This document shows, piece after piece, positions 1 through 9,900 of a stretch of DNA of 64,000 nucleotides (the stretch's first letter is position 1; every line of letters starts with the position of its first letter). The notes under the pieces are model-generated. The model was given only the letters and a program-made list of their open reading frames with translations, had not been told where the DNA came from and made no database searches. The position numbers and the translations under genes were made by a program. The DNA is from Leptonemataceae bacterium (lineage in GTDB: Bacteria > Spirochaetota > Leptospiria > Leptospirales > Leptonemataceae), in assembly GCA_965227295.1 (NCBI GenBank), contig OZ245742.1, positions 416,001 through 480,000 on the forward strand, written 5' to 3'.

Positions 1-47
1 ATCCGAAGAGACCGAGCAGCAGATTCGGCACGAAGATCAGCGCCAAC

Positions 48-389
48 ATGCTGATTTCAGAGCTTTCCCGTCGCACGGGCATTTCCCGCCACACGATCCG
101 CTACTACGAAAAGTTCGGTCTCATTGAACCCCACGGCCGCCAGGAGAACAACTACCGCTACTACAGCGAAGACGACCTCGCGACGATCGCCTTCATCGAT
201 CGTGTGAAGCGCCTGGGGTTTTCGCTGCGCGAAATCCGCGAGTTCCTGGACGTTTTTGCCCGGGACGTCGGCAGCGGCCGGGCCGAGCCGGCGAAGATCA
301 TTCGCGCCCATCTCGAACAGAACCGCGACCGTAGCTCACTGCCGCAACTGATTGCGTTACTGGATGAAGATGTGCCGGTGGGTTCGTAA
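48..389 (+). CDS. MerR-family transcriptional regulator
   Basis: N-terminal ISELSRRTGISRHTIRYYEKFGLI...NNYRYY...LGFSLREI is the MerR wHTH signature. Confidence 0.9.
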   Translation: MLISELSRRTGISRHTIRYYEKFGLIEPHGRQENNYRYYSEDDLATIAFIDRVKRLGFSLREIREFLDVFARDVGSGRAEPAKIIRAHLEQNRDRSSLPQLIALLDEDVPVGS

Positions 390-469
390 GATCCAGTACG
401 CCCCCGGAAATTCAAACATTCACTGAACGAAACTTTACGCTTTTATTCGGGGCGATCGCGACCACACGA

Positions 470-2743
470 TCACAACATGCCCTGTGCTTCCAGATACGCC
501 CGCAGGTCGGCGCCGGCCCGCGAGTCCTGTTTGTAGAACACGGCCGGCTTTCCCAACGGCGCCGGGGTCTCGCGCCATTCGCCGCCTGAAGCAATGACCT
601 CGCCGGACCAGAGATGCACCCACTGCCCTTCCGGAAGATACGCGCGCACGTTCTGGCGATCGGGGTCGAGCACCGGAGCCACCAGGAAGTCCGGACCGAA
701 CAAAAACGCCTCGTGCGAAATCCGGCGGACGTTCGGGTCGTTCGGATAATGCATCCAGAGATGGCGCACCACGGGCATGCCGCTAACGTTCGCTTCTTTC
801 ACCAGGCCTTTGCGATACGGGGCCAGGGCCGCAAAGATCCGCGCGAAACGATCAAAGAACTGCAACATCTCCGGCGAATCGTAGATCTGCACGTTGTTTT
901 CCGGTTGATTGCCCTCGTGCGTACGAAAGACGACGTTGAACGCCGAGAGTTCGGTCCAGCGCTTCAGCAACTCCTCCGAACGATGATAATCCGCAATCGC
1001 GTGCGTGATGGTCGTATAACCGCCGATGTCCGTATGATTCAGGCTGTAGCCGGACAGGCCGCTGGACAATAGACCGGTCACCGCGGTCTTGATGCCGTCG
1101 TAGCGATCCCAACTCACCAGTTGATCGCCGAGCCAGAACAACGTCGTCAGGCCGGGGCTCTTCGTATAGCCGCTCCGCGAGAAGAAGACGACCTCATTGC
1201 CCAGGCCCACCTCGTTGATGGCCTCGCGATTCAGTTGCTGCCAGACCTCGGGATACTTGTTGTGATACGTGGACGGGCTCTCGCCGCTGAACAGTACCGC
1301 GTCGTAGGGCAGGGCCTCGCCGAAGTCCGCCATCCAGCCGCGCGCCCCCGTGGTTACCAGTTCGCTTTTGATGACGTCTTTGATCCACTTACGCGCGCCG
1401 GGATTCGTTAAGTCGATGATGGCCGCGGAAAACGAGGTGTTCGGAATGAGATAGATTTCGCCTGCGGGATTCTTCACGAGATAGCCGGCGTCTTTCGCCT
1501 CGACGAAGAGATTGCGGCGGGCGTTGGGCTTTTCGCTAACGTCTACTAAGAATGGGTTAATGTAGATCATCAACTCGATGCCGTCTTTTTGCAAGTCGCG
1601 CCGCAGCTCGGCCCAGCCCGGATAACGATCGCGGTCCAGTTCCCAGTTCCACCAGAGCTGCTTGCCGAACGTCGTCTTGCGCTGGCCCTCCCAGTCCTGA
1701 AGCCAGTAGGCCGCGAGGGGCGTACCCAGTTCCTGAAGTTGCGCGTGCACGCGCCGGACTTTCTCGGTGCCGCCCTGCATGCCGATGATGGCGCCGTCGT
1801 GAATCCAGTCCGGCAGCTCCCGCATGCGTCCGGCGTACTCGGTGTACTCGCTCACGAGCTCCGCCGGGCTTTCACCGTACAGAATGCGGCCGGTCATTTT
1901 CGATGAAAACGCTTCGACGATCACACTGTCCGCCGCGCGCAAGTCGAAGCTGGTGTACTCGTAGTTTTCGAGAAAGAACGAGTTCATCTCGCTCGTAACG
2001 TAGTGCGGCACCCCGGCGTACGAGGTATACCAGGTGCCGCCCGCACCCGCCGAAAGATTCGCGCCGGTGGTGATGGGTTCAGCCCCGCGGCCGATGCCCT
2101 GCTCCGAAACGAAGATGGGTAGCTTGCGACCTTTGGTATCGAAGTAGGTGAACTGCTCACCGAAACCGTAGAAACCCTCCTCCGCCTGCGAGGCGTAGAT
2201 GACATACGTGCGGTTGTAGTCCGGATTCGCCATCGTAAGTTCAAAGCGTAGATGGCCCTCGCTCGTCTCGCTAAAGGTTAGTTCGTACGGTGTTTGTCCG
2301 CCGCCGCAGCCCAGCTTGCCTGCAATTACGACTCTCACGCCGTCGGAGTCTACGGTATCCAGCCTCTGTTCGTCGCAGCGTTCGAGGATGTGATCGTCCA
2401 CCGTGAACATCCCGCGCTCCTCGTGGATGTCCTCTTCGCCCCGGGCGGCAACGACGAAGGCCCGGCCGGGAACTGTTTGCCACAGCACCTTTTCCGGATT
2501 GTCCGAGCGGCGAATCTTCAGCACGGCCTCGTCCAGGGATGTGCCGCTCCAGGCGAGTTCGAACGAACCGGCTTTCTGTACGGCCGGCGCAAACGTCCAA
2601 TCACCGGGAACGAGATGGCCGTGGGGCACGGTCTCGCAAGCGACGAAGAAGAGACCGGCGGTTACGACAAAGAACTGAAATGACGCGGTGCGCAATGCAC
2701 TGCAAAAAAATGATGCGCGGGCGAACAAAAACGAGTGAGACAT
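470..2743 (-). CDS. GH31 alpha-glucosidase, YihQ/sulfoquinovosidase-like subfamily, probable lipoprotein
   Basis: WLQDWEGQRKTTFGKQLWWNW, nucleophile motif GWMADFGE, WLGDQ acid/base, DIGGY, RTHEGN; hydrophobic N-terminus ending LFFVAC. Confidence 0.9.
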   Translation of the reverse strand: MSHSFLFARASFFCSALRTASFQFFVVTAGLFFVACETVPHGHLVPGDWTFAPAVQKAGSFELAWSGTSLDEAVLKIRRSDNPEKVLWQTVPGRAFVVAARGEEDIHEERGMFTVDDHILERCDEQRLDTVDSDGVRVVIAGKLGCGGGQTPYELTFSETSEGHLRFELTMANPDYNRTYVIYASQAEEGFYGFGEQFTYFDTKGRKLPIFVSEQGIGRGAEPITTGANLSAGAGGTWYTSYAGVPHYVTSEMNSFFLENYEYTSFDLRAADSVIVEAFSSKMTGRILYGESPAELVSEYTEYAGRMRELPDWIHDGAIIGMQGGTEKVRRVHAQLQELGTPLAAYWLQDWEGQRKTTFGKQLWWNWELDRDRYPGWAELRRDLQKDGIELMIYINPFLVDVSEKPNARRNLFVEAKDAGYLVKNPAGEIYLIPNTSFSAAIIDLTNPGARKWIKDVIKSELVTTGARGWMADFGEALPYDAVLFSGESPSTYHNKYPEVWQQLNREAINEVGLGNEVVFFSRSGYTKSPGLTTLFWLGDQLVSWDRYDGIKTAVTGLLSSGLSGYSLNHTDIGGYTTITHAIADYHRSEELLKRWTELSAFNVVFRTHEGNQPENNVQIYDSPEMLQFFDRFARIFAALAPYRKGLVKEANVSGMPVVRHLWMHYPNDPNVRRISHEAFLFGPDFLVAPVLDPDRQNVRAYLPEGQWVHLWSGEVIASGGEWRETPAPLGKPAVFYKQDSRAGADLRAYLEAQGML

Positions 2744-2933
2744 GAACGCTTCCTTACTGAGTCTTTGAATTTCGGAAACATACTCGCAATCCCCACACGG
2801 TGGTTCGCAAGTAGTTTTTCTATGACCGGCGCGACTCCAACCGACGTCGCGCTTTTTAGCGACACCGGAGACGCCCGACCGGGACGTCCGGGCCGCGCTT
2901 TTGACAGCGAGCGACGTTGGCCGTGGGGACGCC

Positions 2934-3827
2934 TTAAAACGCGAGCATCGCTTCCGCGATGGCCTCGGGTTCGTCCTGTTGAAAGAAGTGGTTCGCCTCG
3001 GGAAAGAGAACGAGTTTGTAGTTCTTAAGTTTCGTTTCCCAGACTTTACGGATGTGCTCCGGAAACACGGGATCCGACTCGCCCCAGAACAGGATCGCCG
3101 GCTTTTCCAGCAACGGGCCGAGCTTTGCTTCGAGTTGTGCCAGCCATTCGCGTTCCTGGTAGATCGAGCGCGGGAAAACCCAGGTGCCGATACGCGACGC
3201 CTCGGTTTCGAAGGGCGCCAGGTATGCGGCCTTCGCCTCGTTCGCCAGTTCCGGGGCGTTGCGTTTGTAACCGAACGTCAACTGGCCCATGCTCATCTTC
3301 ACGAAACTGTTTTTCGTAAGCGTGCGTTCGCGCATGTCGTCGCCGCCCATGCGATCCGAAAACGCCTTCATGTTCTGCCCGGCTTCCGTGCCGAGGTCCG
3401 GTGCCCAGGCCCAGGTGTTGCCGATGAACACGTTTTCGATTCGCTCCGCGCGATCCGCCGCCATGTTGAGGCCGATGGGACCGCCCCAGTCCTGCACGAA
3501 AATCGAAAACGTACCGGGCACCAGTTGGTCCACGACCTGGCCGAGGATCTTCGAATGCGACTGCGGTTTGTGATCGTACTTTTCGACCGGCGGTTTCTCG
3601 GACAAACCGAAGCCGGGATAATCGACGGCGATGCAGCGAAACTTTTCCCGCAACCGGCGCATCATGGGGACATACAAAAGCGACCAGCTCGGATTGCCGT
3701 GACACAGAATCACCACGGGACCGTCCCGCGGCCCTTCATCGAGGTAGTGGACGTTCATGCCGTCGATCTGCATCCAGTGCGATTCGAAGGGATAAAGATC
3801 TTTGCTGATTTCAAACGGCCGCTGCAT
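2934..3827 (-). CDS. alpha/beta hydrolase, haloalkane dehalogenase-like
   Basis: HGNPSW oxyanion motif, VQDWGG nucleophile elbow, C-terminal HFFQQD; start moved to ATG 3827 (MQRPF) because the upstream extension runs through a repeat. Confidence 0.85.
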   Translation of the reverse strand: MQRPFEISKDLYPFESHWMQIDGMNVHYLDEGPRDGPVVILCHGNPSWSLLYVPMMRRLREKFRCIAVDYPGFGLSEKPPVEKYDHKPQSHSKILGQVVDQLVPGTFSIFVQDWGGPIGLNMAADRAERIENVFIGNTWAWAPDLGTEAGQNMKAFSDRMGGDDMRERTLTKNSFVKMSMGQLTFGYKRNAPELANEAKAAYLAPFETEASRIGTWVFPRSIYQEREWLAQLEAKLGPLLEKPAILFWGESDPVFPEHIRKVWETKLKNYKLVLFPEANHFFQQDEPEAIAEAMLAF

Positions 3828-3871
3828 GGGGCTGAGCAGGCGCGATTTGCGAATGGAATGCAAGAAGAAAA

Positions 3872-3997
3872 ACTCCGAGGACCGAGGTTCCGAGTTTACG
3901 AGGAAAAGAAAAAGCAATCCAACACTCATAACAACCCGACATCCACTCCACGATATCCCTCCAAATCTTCCCTTCTCGGAGCCTCGGTCCTCGGAGT
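3872..3997. repeat. 23-bp inverted repeat pair (REP-like)
   Basis: ACTCCGAGGACCGAGGTTCCGAG (3872-3894) is the reverse complement, with 1 mismatch, of CTCGGAGCCTCGGTCCTCGGAGT (3975-3997). Confidence 0.8.
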
Positions 3998-4006
3998 AAA
4001 ACCTTC

Positions 4007-5002
4007 CTACCGCTCATGACCGAAGATCACCTCCACCTCCGGAAACTCCTCCGCGAACGCCTTGAGTTGTTCAAAACTGCGCCGGGTTTCGCCGCGGTCG
4101 TTGACCCAGCCCGGTTCGATGTTGTGTTCGAAGCCCAGGCGCGTGTGGCTGGCGTCGCCGGTCAGTAAGATGGGACCGCGCGGCGCCATGATTACATAGC
4201 TGAGGTGCGCGTTCGAATGCCCCGGCGTGGAAACGGCCCAGAACGAACCGTCGCCGAAGACATCGACCGCACGGCCGAGCGGCGGCATCATCGGGGCCGC
4301 GGCCAGGTCGAGTTCTTCGAGGACGTCGATGCCCGCCAGGTGCTGGCTGTAGTACAGCATAAAGTAGTTCACGTAAGTTTCGTCTTTGCCCACGAACCAG
4401 CGGACGTCCTGATACTCCGGCTGCGCCGAGATCGCCGGCACGCCGGAAGAATGATCGCCGTGCAGGTGCGTGAAGAATACGCCCTTTAACTGATTGTCAT
4501 CGGAAGTTACCCGCTCCAGTTGCGAGAGGATGTCCTGCCCCGGCTCCTGGCGCGATGTAAGAATGTAACCGTCCGCAAGCATGCCGCGAACCCCGCCGCC
4601 CTGCTCTCCTTTCTGAAACGAGGTATCGAGACCGGTGTCGATCAAGAAACAACCTTCACGTTTGTGACAGAACCAGAAGGCGTAGACGTCCACGAAGACC
4701 TCCGCGCTGCGATCCTCCGGCGAAAGCTCCGCGTACTCCGGCCGCTCCGTATTCAGCATGCCCTCGCGCGGGACTTTTACCTGGCCGGTGTGCAGCGGCT
4801 GGAACCCGGTAATGTCTCCTCGCCGGGCAAACACGTCTTTCCAGGAACGATTTTCGGAATCGGCGTTGTTCAACTTCGCGGGCCGGACGCGCGCGGAGTT
4901 TCCGGGCAGATCGGCCGGGCGACGATCGGGTTCGTCGATGCTGATGCAATGCACGGCAACGGCGGTGGTCATACAAAAAACGATACGGCTTGCGTGTTTC
5001 AT
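4007..5002 (-). CDS. Metallo-beta-lactamase-fold hydrolase, AiiA/AHL-lactonase-like, probably exported
   Basis: LIDTG, THLHGDH, TPGHS, LTGDA, terminal GHE zinc ligands; N-terminal hydrophobic stretch with Cys; start taken at MKHASR. Confidence 0.85.
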   Translation of the reverse strand: MKHASRIVFCMTTAVAVHCISIDEPDRRPADLPGNSARVRPAKLNNADSENRSWKDVFARRGDITGFQPLHTGQVKVPREGMLNTERPEYAELSPEDRSAEVFVDVYAFWFCHKREGCFLIDTGLDTSFQKGEQGGGVRGMLADGYILTSRQEPGQDILSQLERVTSDDNQLKGVFFTHLHGDHSSGVPAISAQPEYQDVRWFVGKDETYVNYFMLYYSQHLAGIDVLEELDLAAAPMMPPLGRAVDVFGDGSFWAVSTPGHSNAHLSYVIMAPRGPILLTGDASHTRLGFEHNIEPGWVNDRGETRRSFEQLKAFAEEFPEVEVIFGHER

Positions 5003-5058
5003 GCGCAGCAGAGTAACCGATGTACAAACGCAGCACAAGGACGGCCGTCACTTCGAGC

Positions 5059-5074
5059 TGTGACTTTTGTTACG
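5059..5074. promoter_or_regulatory. possible Crp/Fnr-family binding site
   Basis: TGTGA-N6-TTACG resembles TGTGA-N6-TCACA; lies between the Crp-family gene and the MBL hydrolase start. Confidence 0.35.
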
Positions 5075-5106
5075 CCTGAGCGACCGGGAAGGTTTTGTAA
5101 GAGTTC

Positions 5107-5784
5107 CTACAAAAGGTCCCTGAGGCCATCGGGATCGTTGAGCCAGATCATGCCGGGCGAATCCGGCTGGGTGGAAATGAGGCCGGCCTCGCGCAGATCG
5201 CGAAGCGAGCGCGCCACGACCTCCCGGGACGTGGCAATCGAATCGGCCAGTTCTTGCTGGCTCACCCGAACCACCGCCGGCCCCGTCGGCTCCCGGCCGA
5301 ACTTGAGCAGGTGACGAATGATGCGACGGCGCACCGGTTCAAAGGCCGCGGACGCCAGCTCATCCAGCACGCCGTAGACCCGCCGCGCGCACTCCCCCGC
5401 AATGCACCAGGCCAACTGCGGCTCCGTTTGCGCCAGGCGGCGCACGGCGTCCCCCGGGACCATCCAGCCCCGCGCATCCTCCAGGACTTCGACGCCCAGG
5501 TCCACCGGCCCGCCGACGACGGCTACGAGCCCCATAATGTCCCCCGGCCCCACGTAACGCACGGCCATGCGCCGGCCGGACTCCGGCTCCTCGCGATACA
5601 TCCGCGCTACGCCGGTCAGGACGAGGACCAGGTTCGAAGATTCCCCGCGGTAGACCGTGGTGCCGGCCGGGAAGTCCATCATCATACCCGGCGCGAACAG
5701 ACGGCGACGCAGATCGTCGGGCAGGTCGCCGAAGAACGTGGCGACCGAGGCGGATTCGACTTCCGGTGAAAGCGCATCGGACAC
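5107..5784 (-). CDS. Crp/Fnr-family transcriptional regulator
   Basis: cNMP-binding beta-roll (VLTGVARMY...VGPGDIMG) plus HTH SQQELADSIATSREVVARSLRDL. Confidence 0.9.
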   Translation of the reverse strand: MSDALSPEVESASVATFFGDLPDDLRRRLFAPGMMMDFPAGTTVYRGESSNLVLVLTGVARMYREEPESGRRMAVRYVGPGDIMGLVAVVGGPVDLGVEVLEDARGWMVPGDAVRRLAQTEPQLAWCIAGECARRVYGVLDELASAAFEPVRRRIIRHLLKFGREPTGPAVVRVSQQELADSIATSREVVARSLRDLREAGLISTQPDSPGMIWLNDPDGLRDLL

Positions 5785-5909
5785 CGCGTGAGAATGGGAT
5801 AGAGCCGCGCTTCGTCAAGGCGGTTCGGGAAAGCAGGTTCCTCGCGGCACGAATCAAACAGCGTTAAATTTACTGGACGATCTGTCCCCTGCACGCGACG
5901 CGGTTCCTT

Positions 5910-6968
5910 ATGCCAGCACCTGCCGCCCCGGTCTTGCCCGGCTCCGTCGAACCGTCCCTCAGCAAGATGCGCGGCTACATCCCCGCGCACTGCTTTCGCC
6001 CGCATACCGGCAAGGCCCTGTTCTACCTGCTCACCGCGATTCTGGAAGTCGGCGCGGCCTCGGTGTTCGCGTACATCGTCTGGCTGAACGAGTGGTATGC
6101 ACTGTGGCCCGCGGCCTGGTTCGTCGGCGGCGTCGCCTTCACCTCGTGGTTCGTGGTGGGACACGACTGCGGGCACTACGCCTTCCTGAAAAATCGCCGC
6201 GCCATGGTCGCCGTCGGTCACGTGCTCATGGCGCCGTTGTTCTATCCGTTCTACGCCTGGAAGTACTCCCACGACGCGCATCACAAGAACACGAATCGCC
6301 TCGAACGCACGGACGACGTCTACTTCGACAACGCCTGGATTCCCCATACGGTGGCGGAGCATGAGAGAATGCGCACGGAGTCGCCCTGGGTCCGCCGACT
6401 GTATCGTCTGGCGCGGCGGTTGCCGGCCTTCGGGTCCTTGCTGCATTTGCCGGGCTATTTGTTCCAGGCGGGAATGTTTCGCAAGGATCACCGGCGTAAA
6501 GTGTTGTTCTCGTACGCCTTCGTAGCTGTCGTTTGTATGATGTTAGTGCCGGCGATCTATTTCGCGACGAACTCCTGGTTCGCGGTGCTGCACTTCTGGA
6601 TTCTGCCGGCGCTCCTGTTTCAAATCTGGATGTCCACGTATACGTTCTTGCATCACACCGCCGAAGACATTCCGTTTTATGCCCCGGACGAATGGACCCC
6701 GTTCAAGGGCCAGGCCCTGTCCACCGTGAACGTACGTTTCCCGGCCTGGCTTTCGTTCCTGCACTTCCACATCGACGTACACATCCCGCATCACGTCGCG
6801 CCGAACCTGCCGGCGTATCATCTCAAGCAGGCGAACGCGGCGTTGCAGGCTTCGCCGTACGGCGCGATCATGAAAGAGATGCAGTTTTCCTGGGGCTACC
6901 TGTTCCGACAAATTCGAGCCTGCCGGTTGTGGGACGAGGAGCACCGGAGGTACGTGGGACTGAACTGA
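5910..6968 (+). CDS. Membrane fatty acid desaturase (delta-12/omega-6-like)
   Basis: Three His boxes HDCGH, HDAHH, HIPHH plus TFLHHT and TM helices. Confidence 0.92.
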   Translation: MPAPAAPVLPGSVEPSLSKMRGYIPAHCFRPHTGKALFYLLTAILEVGAASVFAYIVWLNEWYALWPAAWFVGGVAFTSWFVVGHDCGHYAFLKNRRAMVAVGHVLMAPLFYPFYAWKYSHDAHHKNTNRLERTDDVYFDNAWIPHTVAEHERMRTESPWVRRLYRLARRLPAFGSLLHLPGYLFQAGMFRKDHRRKVLFSYAFVAVVCMMLVPAIYFATNSWFAVLHFWILPALLFQIWMSTYTFLHHTAEDIPFYAPDEWTPFKGQALSTVNVRFPAWLSFLHFHIDVHIPHHVAPNLPAYHLKQANAALQASPYGAIMKEMQFSWGYLFRQIRACRLWDEEHRRYVGLN

Positions 6969-6975
6969 AAAATCT

Positions 6976-9900
6976 TCAGCGCGAATCGCCGCGCAGAAAA
7001 CTCGCCGTCATCAATCGATAACCGTAGTCACCGCTCATTCCGGTTTCCCGGCGTAGATTAAAGATCGCCGCCAGAAACCGGCGGTAGATCTCCGAACCGG
7101 GCAACGTGCGACTGTAATAATCGCGGACGAAGTAAGCGTGGCCGACGGCGTCGGGACTGCGCAGGGTCATCACGCCCGGGCCCTGCAGGTGTTCACCGAG
7201 GCTGTAGAGCAGATAGTTGAAGTTCTCCACCTCGGTCGCCGGATCCAGGATCAAACGGTTGCCGGAGAAAAACCAGGCGCCCGTTGCCGTCTTTGAAACA
7301 CCGCTCAAATCCACCGGGCGATCCGGAAACACGGGCATCAGGAGATGGCGCGGGTCCGCCGGCAGGTCCGAGGCACTGCCGAGGGACAGGCGCTCCATGT
7401 TTGTCAGGCGCCGGAAGAAGAGCGCGCGTTCCTCGCTGCCGTAGAGCTGCGCCGCGCGGCTCCCGCTCGGCTCCGCGCCGATGGACCGTACGCCGAAGCC
7501 TTCAAAGAACTCCGAACCGCTCAGTACCGGCGCCCGCTCGTTTGCCAGCATGGCCCGGGGGTTCAATACTTGAAACAGACGATCACCACGCTCCGGAGCC
7601 AGGGGAGCCAGGGCGTGCACCCCGGGCAACCAGTAGTAGGTGGTGCCGGTCTGGCCCAAACCGAAGAGCGAACGATAGATGCGCGAGAGTTCCTCGCGCA
7701 GATCGTCCGCGGCGCGGCCGGTGCGACGACGAATCAGAAAATCATTCAAGCGCCCGCGCAGGTACCGCCCGCTCGTCTTCAACACGACGCCCTGCAACGC
7801 CCGCTCCCGATACGTAATGCGCACCGCGGACTCGGCGGTATCCACGAACACGACGAACTCCTGGTTGGCCGGCAGCTTCGCAAAGAGTTCCCGGGCCATC
7901 GGTCGCAGCAGAGCGACGTTCGCCGGAGTGCGTCCCAGACGCCGCGCGCTCAGATCGTTGCGGTACTCCTGCTCGAAAAACGCCAGGTCCGCCAGCATAC
8001 GCCAGTCTTCGTCGCCCAGGGCGCGATCCTTCAGGATTGCCGTGGCGGTGAGCACTTCGCGGGGCGGTGACACCGGGCCGGCACTCGCCGCCCCGCTCGC
8101 CGCGCGGACAACCGCATTGAAGGCCTCGATTTCGTCGGAGGAGAACGTGATGGGCAGCTCCGAGTAGAGCCGGTTGACGACGCCCAGATTGTTTGTGTTT
8201 AATGTCTTTTGAAAATCGATTAAGAGCGCGCGGCGCCAACTCTCTTCCGCGGACCGGCGCGCGGAGGCGGGTTTGTCTTTGTGACGTTCCTTCCAGTCCG
8301 CCTGATTGTTGCGGATCTCGGTGAAGAGATCGGCGGCGGAGAGTGCCGTGGCCGTACGCGCCGCACGCAGATCCCGTTCGCGTTCCCGAAGACTCATCGG
8401 CAGTAGATCGATATAGGTCTGAAAGAACCGCCGCGCTGTAATGAAGTCGCCGGCGGTTAAGAACTCGTCCGCGGCGCCCAGGGCCATGTGCGCGGCGCGG
8501 CTGGTGGAATTCTTGCGTTCCACGTCGATGAGATTCTCCAGCAAACGCGCCACCTGGAGTTCGGGATCGCTGTCCGCCGTATCCAGAAGGATGCGGTAGA
8601 TCATGGAACGTTCGAGGAGATCGGCGCGGGTGTACGCGCTGGCCCCGGCCTGGAGCGTTACGTTGGCCACGTCCTGGACGTTGACGTAGTCCTGGCGCCG
8701 ATAGTTCGACCATTGCTCGAACAGCCGGCGGCGAAACTTCTGCATCGCCAGGTCCTGGTCCGGACGATTGCTCATGCTCAGCGCTTGCACGCCGTCGTTA
8801 TAGGCCTGCCAGTCGCCCTGAAACGAAAGATGCAGCAGGTCCGCCGCCGCCGGTTCTTGTTCTTCGAAGGAATTCACGCCGCGCCCGGTCGGAACGGATT
8901 TGCGGCGCGGATCCAGCAAGTGTTCATCGGCCTGCACGGCATAGGCCAGGGCGTCGAAGTTCTCGCGTTCACCGCGGTTCCGCGACCGCGCGCCCTCGGC
9001 CACGCGGCGGGCCTCGTCATGGCGCCCGTGCTTTAGAAGATCTTCAGCGAAACTTAAGGGATCGTCACCGATGACGATCTGGCGGTAGACGCTGTTGAAG
9101 TCCCGTTCGAAGTTTCGGTTCTCCGCGGCGGCGGAGGCGTAGGCCGCGTCGCCGATGCGCGAGCGAAACGTAAGCAGCGCGTTCTTGCGCAGGATGGCAG
9201 CCCGGCGTTCGGGAAAACGACCGACGTACTCTTCGAGATAACGACGCGCCTCGTCCGTGGCTCCCGCAATCAGGAGTGTTTCTACGGCAGTATCGTAGAC
9301 CCGGGCCAGCCGATCGGCATCGCCCTGGTGACGTTCAATCAGAGTGCGCACGACCTCACGGCCCTGTTTGCGCTCATCGGGAAGGCGCAGGAGGACGCGC
9401 GCGCGATCCAGTTGGTTCGTAAAGGCGAGTTCTTTCTTTTGAGGATGACCGTCGATGTAAGCGGAAGCAAGCCGGTAATACTCGAACGCGCGATCGAAGC
9501 GGCCTTCTTCTTCCGCAACACGACCGTTTTCCCGCGCGCGGTTGTAACGTTCCAGCAACTCCGCCGTATGTCGCCGACGATCATGACCGCTGGAACCGAA
9601 GACGCGCAGATTTACTCCGGTGTAACGTTCTCGCCCGCGGGCTTTCATAATGCCGTGCACCGCCGCCCGGGTCGTATCCTCTTCGCGGGCTTCCGCGGCA
9701 TCTTCCAGCTCGTCTTCGCTGAGTTCGGTGTCCGGGGCCAGGGCAATGTCGGCCAGGTGTTCCAGCTCTTCGTCGCCTGCCTCGCCGTACACGAAGGCCA
9801 CCGTGCCGGCGCCCGAGGCGCGCAGAATTTCATACAGTCCGGCCTTGCGCCGGTACGCCTCGGGTCCGCGCCCGCGACCGGTACTCACCACGGCAATCGA

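Noticed and set aside
2901-4019. 372-aa plus-strand ORF, and similar long antisense ORFs (29288-30364, 36792-37841, 4520-5314, 16375-17205)
   Set aside because: Shadows of clearly identifiable opposite-strand genes, expected in high-GC DNA; no motifs
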